The position numbers were made by a program, and so were the translations under genes. The notes under the pieces are model-generated. The model worked only from the letters and a program-made list of their open reading frames with translations. It ran no database searches and was not told the origin of the DNA. A stretch of DNA of 64,000 nt from Phoronis australis (lineage: Eukaryota > Animalia > Phoronida): positions 669,895 to 733,894 of the forward strand of contig NMRA01000089.1 in the NCBI GenBank assembly GCA_002633005.1. The letters run 5' to 3'. Below, piece after piece: positions 22,981 through 36,121 of the stretch (positions are counted from its first letter, which is position 1; every line of letters begins with the position of its first letter).

Positions 22981-25900
22981 AAGTAAAAAGGGAACTCATA
23001 GTAAAGCTTAAGTGATAGAAGAATAAAACATTGTGGGTAACTGAAGTTCACAGAAGAAATTAAATTAAATGCCCATCTTGCAGAGTCTTAGTTAGTTTTA
23101 TCTATTTACGTCATAATAAATGACAATATTCGCAATCCTCCTCTTGTTTTACTCTGCAACATAGCTCGCTGCGTACCCCAGGCAAAATAGATTACGATAA
23201 ATAGATTATGTAGTGGAGTCTGTGAGACTGGTTCATGCAACCTGCCACTGTTTTCAGTTGAGGGCAATGTAGCATAGCCACATCTATTCTCGGACTGGTA
23301 TAATATGTCATACTTGCTGATACAGTCATTTTTGATGTCAGTGCTATCAAAGCCGTGGAATTAAGTTGAAATTGTTCTTTACCGTAAATGATGAGATAAT
23401 TGAATGATGTGGAGATCTAACCTACTGCTGATATATGGAGCATGAACCTGTCAAGAGTTTATTTTTGTTCTGTATTATCTTATGACTTGATAAGACTGTC
23501 TTTAAAAACATAATGTGAATTGGTGTGTTAGACTCTTGAAATTGTGAAAGTCCTGGTGAATTGTTATTATTGTTTTTTATTAATAATGAAAATAACTTCA
23601 TTGATTAAATTGTTCCACTTACCTGTATGCTTCCCAGAAGTCTCTAAAGGTGATTTAAAGTAGCGTTTACCTGGACTCTGCGTTGTTGTTTTTATTAATA
23701 GTGAAAAAATGCATGATTTAATCATTTCATTATGTTTTCCTGAGGGCTCGAATGATAACTTTGTTGTAAACGTTTTCCTGTATTGTGTGTATTTTGTTCA
23801 TGGCAAATATATAAATAAATGTCTAATTTTGCACTGTGAAATGCAACGTTTTTATGGACCCCTGAGCAAAGTGGTGCACTGGGACCCTGTATGCAGAAAT
23901 ATTCATAGTATTAAAACTGTAAATTGTTGATAATAAGTCGCATGAGCTTGTATGCTTAGTACTTTTACCTAAAAATTAATGTTACACCATTGAAATTAAC
24001 TCAGTTATAATACGAAAATTGTAATGAGACTTCAGTCGTTGCAGGTGTTCCAATCTCAGTCATATGGAACCTTTGTCAATTGTGGCATAATATGATTAGG
24101 ACAACTTTCACTTGGATACCTACTGTATTTGCACATAGCAAGCTGTTGGTGGTGCAAAAGAACAGCCATGACGTCAAGAGCTAGAATCCTGCTGCATGGC
24201 CTATCTCGTAAAAAGAAGACTTGAACATGACCCATATTATATACCTGGTCTGGTGAAACTACCCAACTTTTACCCCATTTTATCTAGGCCCCGGTCTTTC
24301 CAGAAAACTCGAATTTTCTGTTCCCCTAAAATATGGATTTGCCGACTTTTGAAAATCCTGTCAGTATTAGTACCTTCAGTAAGAAAAAACAACAGTGATC
24401 TCCCAACAATAAGCAAGAGAGACATCAATTAACTACTCAGGAAAGGTCTAATGACTAACTATAAACCGTACCTGGGAGTAATAATGTGGTCCCAGACGCA
24501 GGGCTTGGAATTTTCCTCTTTTAAGAGGAGTTCCTCTTATTTGGTTTCGATTTCCTCTTATTTGATTCCAGTTTCCTCTTTTTATCATTATTTTGACTTT
24601 ATTCATGCGAAAACGTTTATTTCAGTTAAATTTTACAGCACAAAATTTTCTATCACACAAGTCTATTTAGTTGCGGAACGATACACCACATGGAAACTTT
24701 CCTTTTTTCAGTGTCATCAGTCGGCCAAGCCCTTTAGACCGTGCTAAGGAGTAAGGTGTGCGTTCTAAACTAGCGCTACACTGGCACTAACAACTGTACA
24801 AGGGCAGTCTCTGGCTAACCAGGCGTGACAAGTATAGAAATCGAGACACGCCTTTTGCGTCACTACACTTCCATATATCTTGGAGGTCATGAACTCCCAC
24901 TGAAATGGCATTACACTTGCCACCCAAACGAGAGGTGCCAGTAACACGAAAGCTGAAATTAGTTTTTTCTTTTAGACTTCTTTGCGAAAGGATGCATTTT
25001 TGTAAATTAATTCCCCGAAGTCACCTTTCCCAATTTAATTTCCTGCAAAGCGTCACTCAGAAGTTCGAAAGTCCGCAAATCGGACGTCACTGACTTTAGA
25101 ATCCAACTACACGAATCGGCAAAAAAAGTTTTTAGATTCTTTCTAAAAATCTCTTGTCAAAAAAGGACAACTTCTAACCGTTTTCTGGTAAGATTTAGTC
25201 TATATTAGTCTATAAAATGTCGAGTCTATAGAAGTGATGGGGAGAGTCAGCACAGAACTAGCAGTTTGTTAACTCTTGAGATCAGGCTCTACCGTGAAGT
25301 TTACCTGTCACGCCATGATGTCATTTAATTAGCTGAACATAGTCTCGAGGAACTGTCTTTGTTCTTTGCTTCTATCCAGGGTCCTCATCTGCGTGAATAA
25401 GGAACGACTTGAGCTTAATTTTATAGCTAGTAAATGACGTAGGCACTTACGCTAAAAATTCCTAAACAACTCAAAAGATCATTAAACTCTTCAACTGAAA
25501 ATGTGCTGATGTTTCTGAAACAAAGGTCCTTACGAAAGGTTAACATTTTCATGATTGCTCCCAGCAATAGTTTCCCGGCTTTCATTACTTGGTGTTCAGT
25601 GTATGGGACGCTAATTTACATTGCCAATTGTCTTCCATCACGGGTTAATATTCGGCTGCATCCACAATAAATTTAGATCCCGTTAAAAACCGACCCGGAA
25701 TTTTTTCGAATTTTAAACTGCTGGGGTGCTTTTTCAATATTCAAAAAATATTTTTGAAAATTACCCGACGACCTTGGGGCTGCATAAAGAAACGCAAAAC
25801 CTCTCCATTGCCCATGACCAGCGAGGTCTTCTTTGATCACACGCACATTCCGACTTCTCTCAAGGCCCATTAACATGCACACGATTACCGCGCGTAAATA

Positions 25901-26698
25901 CTCGGAAACACGCTATTCTCTTACTTGCATGAGTGCGCTCGAAATAGCGCTCCTGTGAGGTAAATTTAGCTGGTATATTATTGCTAACGACTTCATTATT
26001 TCATACGCCGTGGCAAACATCAAACGAAGCAATTTTGGTAAGGGAAATGCTCATTTCGCGTAGGCGCATTTCAATTGAGCCTTCTTTCCCGCTCATGGTT
26101 TGAAAAAAGGTGGACTGAAAATTCTATGATGCGCTTCTTGATCATTTGTGGAGCGAGTCCCAAGTCTTTAGAGCTTTCCAGGGCCATGAAGGATGGTGGC
26201 GTGGATGCAATTTATTGTAAGTCATTTTTCAGCGTTTTTAGCGCTGCCGGTGAACATTTGCCCTCGGGAGTGAATCCACGACGGGTTTACTTACAGCCGA
26301 TTTATTACGATTTCCTTACCAACTTAACTCAACTGGTGTTAGATTTGCATGCCGCAAGAGCAGTAGTTACCAAAGCCCTGATTACAGGAGTGACCGAGCT
26401 AAAAAAAAAAAATAAAAAACACTGGTTTCCATGAGATTAACGGGAAATGAACACATGTGAATGCTCGCATTAACAGAATTAAAAGCGGATTTAAGTAAAC
26501 CACTAATACGCGGGTTTCTGCGGCAGTGAGGCATGTGAATGGGACTCAGTCAGTTATCCCTCGACCACTGGGTTGTACTGAATGATTATTTCTGGTTGTT
26601 TCTGTTTTTCCGTGTTTAAAAGTTTATGGATCAGTATCTTAGTACAGAACACCTTCAAATTTCCCCTTTGAAGCACAAAATATTGGCCCTCCAGAGAG

Positions 26699-27054
26699 TG
26701 ACGACCGTTTCCCGTTCAGTGACCGGCTTTACCAGACGTAGAGGTTGGTGAGCGTGTGATGAGTTAACATTCAGCTACTTTGTTAACTGCCAAGCACGTT
26801 CTTTTGTCTGGTATGACAACAGGCAGGCCAATTTATCTACCAGGCTTCTTACATACCACGCGTGAACACAGTCAAACCCAGAGCGAATATTAATGGTTGT
26901 TCGGAAAGAATAGATTGTAGTAGCCTAACTTCTGTTGTAGTTGGGCGATTTCGGGGATTCAAAAACTAAACATGATCACCATTTGACGAGGATGTCAGAA
27001 ATGCTATTGGTTTATGTTCAAGTATGTTATAACTTAACTTTTATTTTTAATAGC
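26699..27054 (+). repeat. Dispersed repeat family C
   Basis: Homologous to 15177-15508; both give the spurious peptide SEMLLVYVQ.CYNLTFIFNS. Confidence 0.75.
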
Positions 27055-27097
27055 CTAGATACGATCTTACCAGAGATTAATATCGAACAAAAGAGAA

Positions 27098-27274
27098 CTG
27101 GCCCTGCTGAGTTGCATAAAGTTCCAAAAGTCATCCCCTGGATAGGGACTTTGATTGTTGCATGACGTCAGGTGCATTGTTCAACAATAGCAACGTGACG
27201 CGTGATAATGCGACACCATTGTTGCTATACGGGGTACAACTTTTATGCTCATTGTTTTATGCAACTGGGCCCAG
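27098..27274. mobile_element. Palindromic MITE family E
   Basis: gagttgcataaa ... ttttatgcaactgggcccag; related copy at 41942-42128. Confidence 0.65.
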
Positions 27275-27896
27275 TTGCAGTTAGACACTGGTCTAAAACA
27301 GATGGCCTGATAAGGGCTACTAGAGCTACAGAGACTACGTACGTCCCTTGGCTCTGGCGGGAGTTTGTGTTGGCTAGCTCAAGCACAATTTGAGCTTCAA
27401 TATTTTGATTAATGTTTCTTTAGTCACGCACGATTGGTACTCGTTTAAGAACGCTATGGAGCTTCACAAATCTGTATTTTTTTGTTGTCTTTGACTTGCA
27501 AGTCTTAAGTTGCACGTTTTGGAACCAATTCACGTCTCCGCCAATAGATGGCAATTACTCTCAGTACTAAAGAGGGCGCATTTGTATTTAGGACAGACAG
27601 CCATGCTGTTCGAGTCGTAGGTGATCATCGTTAAATTTGGTTTAGTTTTGCTTGAACAACACTCGCCCTAAGAGTAGAACGTATAGGGTAATAGATATGA
27701 GTGACGATCGCGCTATGAACCTTTGTTGGAAATGAGGCTCCAACCACCAACTTTTTGGAAAGTTTGCAACGCGGCCCGACGACCACGTCCCGGCCACGGT
27801 AGATAATGTCATGAATATCGCATCGGCATCGTCTCTATCATGCTCTAGGTCTCCCAAGTAGAGACGATGAAGCTTCTATAGGCGCCTCATACGGCT

Positions 27897-28370
27897 GAAG
27901 CTTTTCGGCGAATTATGCCTCACACCGACTATCAAACTCACGTTGCAATAAATACCTTTTGCGCATTGAGGTACACCTAGGCTTACCTTAGCTTAGGAGG
28001 CCCTCGTTGTATTTAACTTCCTCCAACTTCACGAAATACTCCTGTTATCAAACTTTTTCTTCGAGCAGACCATTGTTCAGTTCCCAAGATCAGTAATTTG
28101 TCATTTTTAACACTGCGCCGGCAGGTGATATGACCTACGTATCCCCTACTACCTAGTGTGCGCAGTGTGAAAATAGTGAGTTACCGATTTTTGGAACTGA
28201 ACGAGGGACTGCTTGAAGAAAAAGTTTGACAACTGCAGTATTTGTTCCAGTTGGAAGGAATTAATTACATCGACGACCTCCTAAGGTGTCCCTCTATACA
28301 CAAAAGGTGTTTATAACAACGTGACTTTGATATTTTAGTCAGTGTGAGGCATAATTCGCCGAAAAGCTTC
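27897..28370. mobile_element. Foldback MITE with ~220-bp arms
   Basis: gaagcttttcggcgaattatgcctcacac ... gtgtgaggcataattcgccgaaaagcttc; complementarity continues inward to about 28120/28145. Confidence 0.8.
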
Positions 28371-29447
28371 CACCATCTGTGCTACAGACACAAGCACAGA
28401 TGATGGTCATTGTCTGAGGCCACGGTAGTCTCGCCACGGTCTTGGCTCTGGCCAAGGCCATGGCTCTTAAAATGGTATGATATCTGTAGCAGCGACTGAG
28501 CCTGGACAGCAGTGACATGGTGATTCACCAGGCTGACTTGGTTGTGGACCTCATTGACTTGGTGCCTTGACGTCATACTTGATCGTGTCAGTGCTCTAAG
28601 ATGGGCATCAACGGGGTTGGAGATTTTACCTTGTTACCAAACTTTCCGTTATGTTGCTTTCACCTTGCCAAAAATACATAAAAAAACGCTTACTTTCTTC
28701 TGCAATCTTTACTGGTTCTTTGCATATCCTCGATGAAGCTTTCTACAGGAATTAAAATGTCTTAGGTGAAGAATTCTAACAACACGTTTTTGATTGCCAT
28801 TAACTTTATCACTGCGCATGATAATCACAAATTATTTCAATTGATGTGACGCGAGTTAGGCAAGGACAAGCGCGAGACTGAGTGGAGTGTTTAACCTGGC
28901 GGCACACTCTTACAAAAAGTAGCATGAGAATATATCAGGTGAAATTCATAAGATTAATGTCCCTTGGACTTCTTTTTGTGAACCGGCATGATTTTGCGAA
29001 AGTTTCTCAAAATGGTACTTGACAGTAGGAGTCTTGATGATATGAGCAGCCACCTAGAGGGTCAATCAACAACATGGCCAGTAGGCCCAATAAGTTGAAA
29101 CTATTGACCTGGCCGACCACTAGATCGACACACTAGTACGTACCATATCAGTGTTGAGTTCTGTTTTCCATACGAGCCTTGCATCAGTTAAACATGGAGT
29201 TAATGCTTTTGACGGGTCATATTTCCATGGTAGTCTGTTTCTAATGCATGTTTTTTAGTCTTTAAACATGGAAGGCCTTCTTCTACCTGCGGTGACAACT
29301 TTTGTGATACAAATTATCAAATTAGCACCTCAATTTTTCTTTGTTTCCTTTCAGGCGTGTTGAATACGGAACGTATACCATGTGACAATACGCAAGGCCT
29401 GAACTCAGGAACCTGAAAGTGCTACTCTCGTTGTTGATCTCTGCAGA

Positions 29448-29562
29448 ATGCTGTCATTCAACTGGGACACTGGTTACCCATATGGGAAAATAACTTTATA
29501 CGAAATAGTTGAATTTGTGAAAAAACACTATGTGATCGCAGGAACCTGCATTATTAGTGTAG
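29448..29562 (+). CDS. RDH-like first coding exon
   Basis: Acceptor at 29354, ATG at 29448, MLSFNWD...[11 protein letters not shown], gtaagt donor in phase 1. Confidence 0.72.
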
Positions 29563-32500
29563 GTAAGTGTTATGTAATAGCGAAACTGCATTTCTTCTGT
29601 ATTTTATGCTGTCAAAAATGAAAATGAACTAAGCTAGGCTCTTAAGCTCATTTTAATTGGTCTCCTGACATTCCTTAACATTGTTTTCTGTTACCAGCAA
29701 GAACATCAAAACCATCAGTGGCTCCAATAAACTTCAAAAGTGGTGCATGAGGATTGTGGGAATTGCTTTTGACTTGAATTGCTGCCTCATTCTGCAACAA
29801 TTCAGAATTGCATAACTTTGGTAATGAAATAAACCCCAAAGCACTTTTGGTTAAGATCTAGGACATATTCCATTGGAAAACCCTACAATCCGTGAAAAAT
29901 TTTTAATTGTGGTTCCAAAGCTATGCATATAGGCCTGTATTTGGACGTATTTTTGGCATGCATTTTGGAAGTGCACGTTTGTGCAAATTCCTGCTGTGGT
30001 TGAGACCTTAAGTTGAATATTTCACATTGAAGACACTACAGAGTATGTTTAAATAGCTCGGTGGTCTCAGCAGCATTAAAATTGGGTGTAGTGGGAATGA
30101 TGGAATCATGTCGACTTCAAGGTTCAAGTAAGTCTAAAAGGAAGTCTAGCATATCTTCTTTTTTGTCATTTTTTGTGAATAATTCGGTCACAGGTTATAA
30201 TGTCCATAAAAATGGTAAGATTCAGACTGAAGGGGCGTACTTGACAGTCTGACTGCGTGAACTCAACAGTCTACAGGTTGAGATTGCTAAAAGCACTGTT
30301 TAATCATTTATGACTGATACGATGATCAAAAATTGCGCAGGGGTCCTAAAAAAACTAGGATTTGGTTTAAATTTACTATGGGTGCTCAAATATCCTAGCG
30401 ATAATGCTTTACCTTTTGTTAAACAAACGTTAAAGCCAAATTTTAGTAGTCAAATTTCCCTTATGTGTAATGTGCCCTTATTTTTCATATATTTGTCAGG
30501 TGGTTACTTGCTACTACGCAAAGTCCGAGCTGGTGGGGTGTGCCGGTTCACTGCTCGTCTAGATGGGAAGACGGTGGTTATTACAGGCGCTAATAGAGGC
30601 TTGGGGAAAGCAGCAGCACTCAGTTTAGCTAGCAGAGGTAATAAAGTTTGTCTTGTTATCAATAATAAAGTCGTTATAAGGACCGAGTCCATTTTATATT
30701 TCTGTGCATATCAGATATTCACCTGATGGAATTGTAAATTTTTTTTTTCATTTGTAAATTACTACTCGTTTTAGTCTTGTTGCTATAGTTTTTATTGTTT
30801 CAGCCATCACCAAACAGCATTTGGTCAAATTTTGAGCGTTCTTAGCAATGTGATATGCGTTTGATCAAAAAAACGTGAAAGTCTGAAAATTCTGTAGATT
30901 GGTATGCCTACATGAAGCTTGGTTTCAGTTTTGTGCTAAACCAGGTGGTCGTATTCACCATTGTGCTCAAGATAGCTCTGTCTATTGTTGCTATTCTGAG
31001 TTGTGTGTCGTCACACTATGCTGTCTCTTGATGGGCTGTATTCCACTTATGACGTCACAAAGTTGAAATATGGAAATGGACATATTTCAATAAATTTAGT
31101 ATCTTGGTCATTGGAAGTGAGCTGGTTGTTGGCAACAAGAAAAAGGGTTCACTTCCAGCTAGTAACACAACATTACTGCCCCTTGACTGAAGTGACCCTA
31201 GTATATCATGATGGGTAATGGTCTGATATAACGTGCCCGCATTTTGAGAACCAGTTTTCTCCACTGAATAATGGGCGTCAAACTGGTTCTCAAAATACGG
31301 GCACATTATATCAGACTATTGCCTCATGATGCACTTGAGATACATATCAGTCGTCTTGACTATGAGTCCTCGTCATTTTGTGGGCTTATTTTGTGTGTTC
31401 TATGCATGACTTGAGACAGACAGCGTCTTGAAACTGGTTTCCTTCCAGTATCGGTGAAAGAAGTCTTACAAAATTAAAGAGAAGATTGAAACACTACTGA
31501 GGGTCTTGAAAATAAATTTTATTGGGGTTTTCTAATACTTGTCACTTTTGATTACTGGGCATCCTATTTACTTATTTTGATAATATTTGCAGGTGCCCGG
31601 GTGATCATGGGATGTCGTGATATCATGAAGGGAGAGAGGGCAGCAAAAGTAGTGCGGCAAACTACGAACAGTGGCAATGTATTCTGCCTCCAGTTGGACC
31701 TGGCGTCATTTGAGTCCATACGCAAGTTTACCGCACAGATCTATCAAAGACAGGAACAAGTCAATGTTTTGATTAATAATGCTGGTGAGTATCTTGTTGG
31801 ATACGTCTTGATATATTTAGGTGCATGCACTTAATATCTACGTCTTGATATATTTAGGTGCATGCACTTAATATCTACGTCTTGATATATTTAGGTGCAT
31901 GCACTTAATATCTACGTCTTGATATATTTAGGTGCATGCACTTAATATCTACGTCTTGATCTATTTAGGTGCATGCACTTAATATCTATATTTAAAGAAT
32001 GTAATATTCAAGAGAAATTTTTGGCTTAATAAGTGTTTCAGTTATGGGCACATTTGCCCAAGCATGGTGGCTATCAATTGATTATGCGAATGCCTTAAAG
32101 TGGGTTTAGTTTGTTTTTGTCTGCTCTCAAATATACTTAACCCTTATCCTGCGCTAGGCGAGGTCAGCCGACAAGCCAATTATCCTACTAAAATGCGTTG
32201 GGTGTACTCAATCGCCTATAATAAGCTACGGCTAGACTGCGCAAGGAGGGTGTACTCACCCCAGGACACTGGTGTTTTTCATTCAGAAATTGTGAAAGCC
32301 CCGTATGCTGTTTATATATGTGAGCATGCGCATTCCACAGTCCATAGTTTCCTGTACATTTTTCTGATTTACAACATATGGCTGTGGTGAGTTGTTGCTG
32401 AGATATTTGAAAGTTTACGCAAGTTTTATCTTGGCTGGTGCCAAACGTGGTAAGATGACTGTTGACCAGTTTCTTGAGGAAGTGTTCATGGACTCAGATA

Positions 32501-35500
32501 GTGAAAACAAGCTGGAATTGGCACTCAAAGTGACGGTGACAGTGACTGGGAAACTAATACAACAGTCACAAGTAATGCAGATTCTATCGATTCGGATCTC
32601 AGTGCGGCAATTTTGGAGGAGTTACCGATCCCTGAAGCTGAACTTGGACGGGCCTACGTCGATGCTTGGCTCACGCCCTTCGCGCATGATGGAACTCATT
32701 CAGAACTAGATATTTTTGTGACTTTTTCACAGAATAGCTTTGTGTCCCCACCCGTGTTTCAAGTTTTTGCATATCAAGGTGAACTTCAAAACAGACCGTC
32801 TTTAGCAAGCGACTGCACCACTCATAAATTTGTTATCGTGCAAAGTTGAGGTAGGCCCTATGTTATATACTGTACATTCTTGTTTGGAGATGTGATGTTA
32901 CAAACAATAAATCTGCTTTGTTAAACATGCAAATCCCATGAATTCCCTTTTAAAAATGCTTATTACGGTTTTTGAGTGTCAGCTATAATGTTCTCATGTG
33001 CGAAAACAGATAAAAACAAAGGGTGTCCAGTTTGAAAGTTAATAGAATTATTCACAGCAAGACGATGGTAAAGATATGTATATGGTGAAAAACTCCATTA
33101 AATTCTGAACAACTTTTGTGCAGACTACTTTTATGTGAAATTGACATTACCCCTTCAAATTTCCAATTTAAAAATGTTAGGTCATTAATCTGAGTGACCT
33201 TCATAACAGCCCAGTGCATAGCAGCAGTGGTGACCTACTTAGCTTAGCACACAGGGAAAGTTGTCTGAATAGAGGCTTAGCAGGATAAGGGTTAAAGCTA
33301 TATCGCGAGTTCTGCTTTGCCCGGTCAAAATGGTGTACATAAACCTGGTCAAATCCGTGTTCGCAATTCCGAAATTCAGCTCGCATACGCAGATGTGGTG
33401 TCATATAAACTTGACGGCCAAAAAAGAAATAAAAATCGCTATGGACAGGACTTCATTGTTGCTGCACCAATTCTGGGATAAAATATTGTTGGAGCATTTT
33501 TGGGCAATTCGACTTGGCTTGCTGGAGTTGGCAAGTCCAAACTTTCACACTTGCGACTAATGTGAGTTGGCCAAAATCTCGGCTCGCATTTTCAAAATTC
33601 CTAAATATTTGCTGTTCATTTCATGTCATTTGCAATCTGCTTTTTCAAGTTAAAGTCATGTATCGTCCTGTTTAGCTGGCTAAAAACAAATTAAATTGAA
33701 TTGCACCTTTCATTGTCATAAAATCACTCGCATAATATTCCTTTTGTGTTAACAAGAACTGCGACACCACCAGAGACTGAAGAAAACACTTGAAAGTGTA
33801 TTGGGGTTGGGCAACCCTAAAATTGTGGATTCAAAAATGGTGCAGCTAATTCAGTAACAATTCATGAGTGGATAAGTGGTAATATTTTAAATACCAAAGC
33901 ACTTTTTGGTTAAGAATTCAGCATTGACAGGTGAACAGGAGCAAAGTGCAGGTTTGAATAGTAGAAACACTTAACGTGTGAGTTTTGTTCCATAGGTGTG
34001 CTAACCTGCCCCAAGCTGAAGACTGATGATGGTTTTGAAATGCAATTTGGTGTCAACTACCTGGGACACTTTCTTCTTACTAATTTGTTGCTTGAGCAAC
34101 TGAAGGCGTCGGCACCCAGTCGTATCTTAAATGTCTCCTCTTCTGCTCACCGGGGTGAGTTGTTTTACACAATCATGTTTTAATTCAAATCTCATTGTGT
34201 CAATCATTAACTCCATCTAGTATTTGGTAATGGAACCTGGAGGCTTTTTCAGTCTGAACTCTAGGTGGCATGACAGCTACTTAGTAAGGCCCGACTCTGT
34301 TCCATGCTGTTTTGTTACTGGGGATGTCTTAGTGATATTTGCGAGCTTAAATTTCATTCCGCGAGACCGCATGTCATTATGCAAGACAACTAGGTAAGAA
34401 GTCAAACACATGTTCTGGTCAATGAGAAGGCACTGTCGGGTGTCAACAGTGATGACAGACATGAGAGGTGAAACAATAGCCAAGCTGAGTTTTTTGTTAC
34501 TAGATTTGCTTGACATAATGAAGACTGTTTTGTCTATGTTTCACATCCTGTAAGTCACAATCGTTGCTGGTGTTATTCAGGTGAAAAGCTCGACTTTGAC
34601 GACCTGAACCATGAGGAGAGTTACAACCCATTCACATCATATCAGAGGAGCAAACTGGCTGTGATCCTGTTTACTAGAGCACTGGCTGAGAAACTAGAAG
34701 GTGATTGTTTACCACTCCTGGTTTTGACAACTCATTTTTGATTAGCAGGCGGTAATAAAGCAAATATTACAGTGATCTCACTCACTTGATGGGAAAGGTG
34801 CCTAGTGTGCTTTATGAGAGGTTAATTTTTTGTTGAGGGGAAATTCCCCTTGTCACAACCGATTCCCCTTCCCAGTCACTTGCCATGATGTTTTGGAGTA
34901 GTGATTCTAATCTTTAAGGGATTTTTTAATCAAAAATTCCTGTTGTAACTTAATGACATGTTTGATGTGTGCTGACTGCTGAGTGTGGCTAATGCACTGA
35001 TTTCACAAAATATACGGATTAATTGTGAACCAAAGGGGTTGAATCTAGGAAAAATGTAATTAATTTTAACTGTGGAAGTCCCCACAAATTTTTAAACAAA
35101 TTTCAAGAGAATTATTATTTGACTTTGATACTTGCTGTGACAACTTCGTGGTAACTTGCGATTTTCCCAGGTGGCCAAACACAATCTGAAGTCACATTAG
35201 CCAGCTGCAGGTTGCCGAATCGAGCACTGAATGTATATTAGACTTTCAAAATGTTATTAATTGTATCTATTCTTTTAGGAACTGGCGTAACGGTCAACAC
35301 CATTGACCCAGGACTAGTGGAGACTCCGGGATTCTATACATTAAGCTCCACTGGGCCATGGTACAGGGGCTTGATTACTTGGGTGTTTGCAAAATTATTT
35401 TGTAAATCACCGAAAGAGGGTTGTCAGACATATACACATTGCGCCGTCTGCCCTCAACTGGAGAAAGTCAGTGGAAAGTATTTCAAGTAGGTGTTGAAAC

Positions 35501-36121
35501 AAAATATTTGAACAGTAAATATTACGATAAGATTCTAAGCAAACAATTGGGTTGCTGGTTGTTTTTTCTCAAGCTGTTTCACTTTCTTAACAGATTTAAG
35601 TGTTTGAATTATGGTTTCGCTGAGAAATATTTGTAAAACTAAATGTGATTTCATATATTAAGTGACGTGCTCTTACCCTAGGCTGCTGTTCTGAGTTAGT
35701 AAATACTTACTCGGTGCTTCATCCATGGCAGATAACCATCACCATTTAAAAACATGTTGTTCATCATGTTTACACCATATATTATGTTAATTGGATGCCA
35801 TCACTCTCAAGGGCCACACATCTTTAAATATATTTTAAAATACAGCTCGTAAAATCATGAAAGCGTATATCTTTCGGTCATTTCATTGAAAAAATCATAT
35901 GACATCTTATCCCATGGGTGCTTTTTCTCTGTTCCGTCCTTTGAGAGGACAGTGCACATTGAGTTGAATGTTCATTCCATTAAGCTTTTGTATTTTTTTC
36001 ATTTGAATGTAGGGACTGCAAGGAGTGTGAGCCTTCATTAGAATCTTGCAATATTGGAGACGAAGAGCGACTGTGGAACGTCAGTATGCGAATGGCTGGA
36101 CTGCAAGAAGTTAAGAAGTAG
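29448..36121 (+). CDS. Retinol dehydrogenase 11/12/13/14-like short-chain dehydrogenase/reductase, spliced (7 coding exons, 346 aa)
   Basis: Exons 29448-29562, 30500-30637, 31593-31784, 33996-34154, 34581-34700, 35279-35486, 36013-36121. All are GT-AG, phase-compatible and total 1041 nt. Motifs: N-terminal hydrophobic stretch, [38 protein letters not shown], catalytic YQRSK, SGKYF. Confidence 0.93.
30500..30637 (+). CDS. RDH-like exon (Rossmann motif)
   Basis: [18 protein letters not shown]. Confidence 0.93.
31217..31320. mobile_element. Short hairpin MITE in an RDH-like intron
   Basis: ~37-bp inverted arms gtctgatataacgtgcccgcattttgagaaccagttt. Confidence 0.7.
31593..31784 (+). CDS. RDH-like exon
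   Basis: ARVIMGCRD...[10 protein letters not shown]...LINNA. Confidence 0.94.
31802..31986 (+). repeat. 37-bp minisatellite x5
   Basis: Unit tacgtcttgatatatttaggtgcatgcacttaatatc. Confidence 0.95.
32141..33291 (+). mobile_element. piggyBac-like internally deleted element
   Basis: ttaa|cccttatcctgc ... gcaggataaggg|ttaa; acidic N-terminal remnant [17 protein letters not shown]. Confidence 0.85.
33996..34154 (+). CDS. RDH-like exon
   Basis: [23 protein letters not shown]...[10 protein letters not shown]. Confidence 0.95.
34581..34700 (+). CDS. RDH-like exon (catalytic YxxxK)
   Basis: DFDDLN...[17 protein letters not shown]. Confidence 0.94.
35279..35486 (+). CDS. RDH-like exon
   Basis: [15 protein letters not shown]...KSPKEGCQT...VSGKYF. 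Confidence 0.92.
36013..36121 (+). CDS. RDH-like last exon
   Basis: DCKECEPS...[16 protein letters not shown] stop. Confidence 0.88.

Noticed and set aside
27600-27625. Possible non-coding first exon or short upstream ORF of the RDH-like gene
   Set aside because: Only a weak donor and a CCAAT motif; cannot be supported without transcripts
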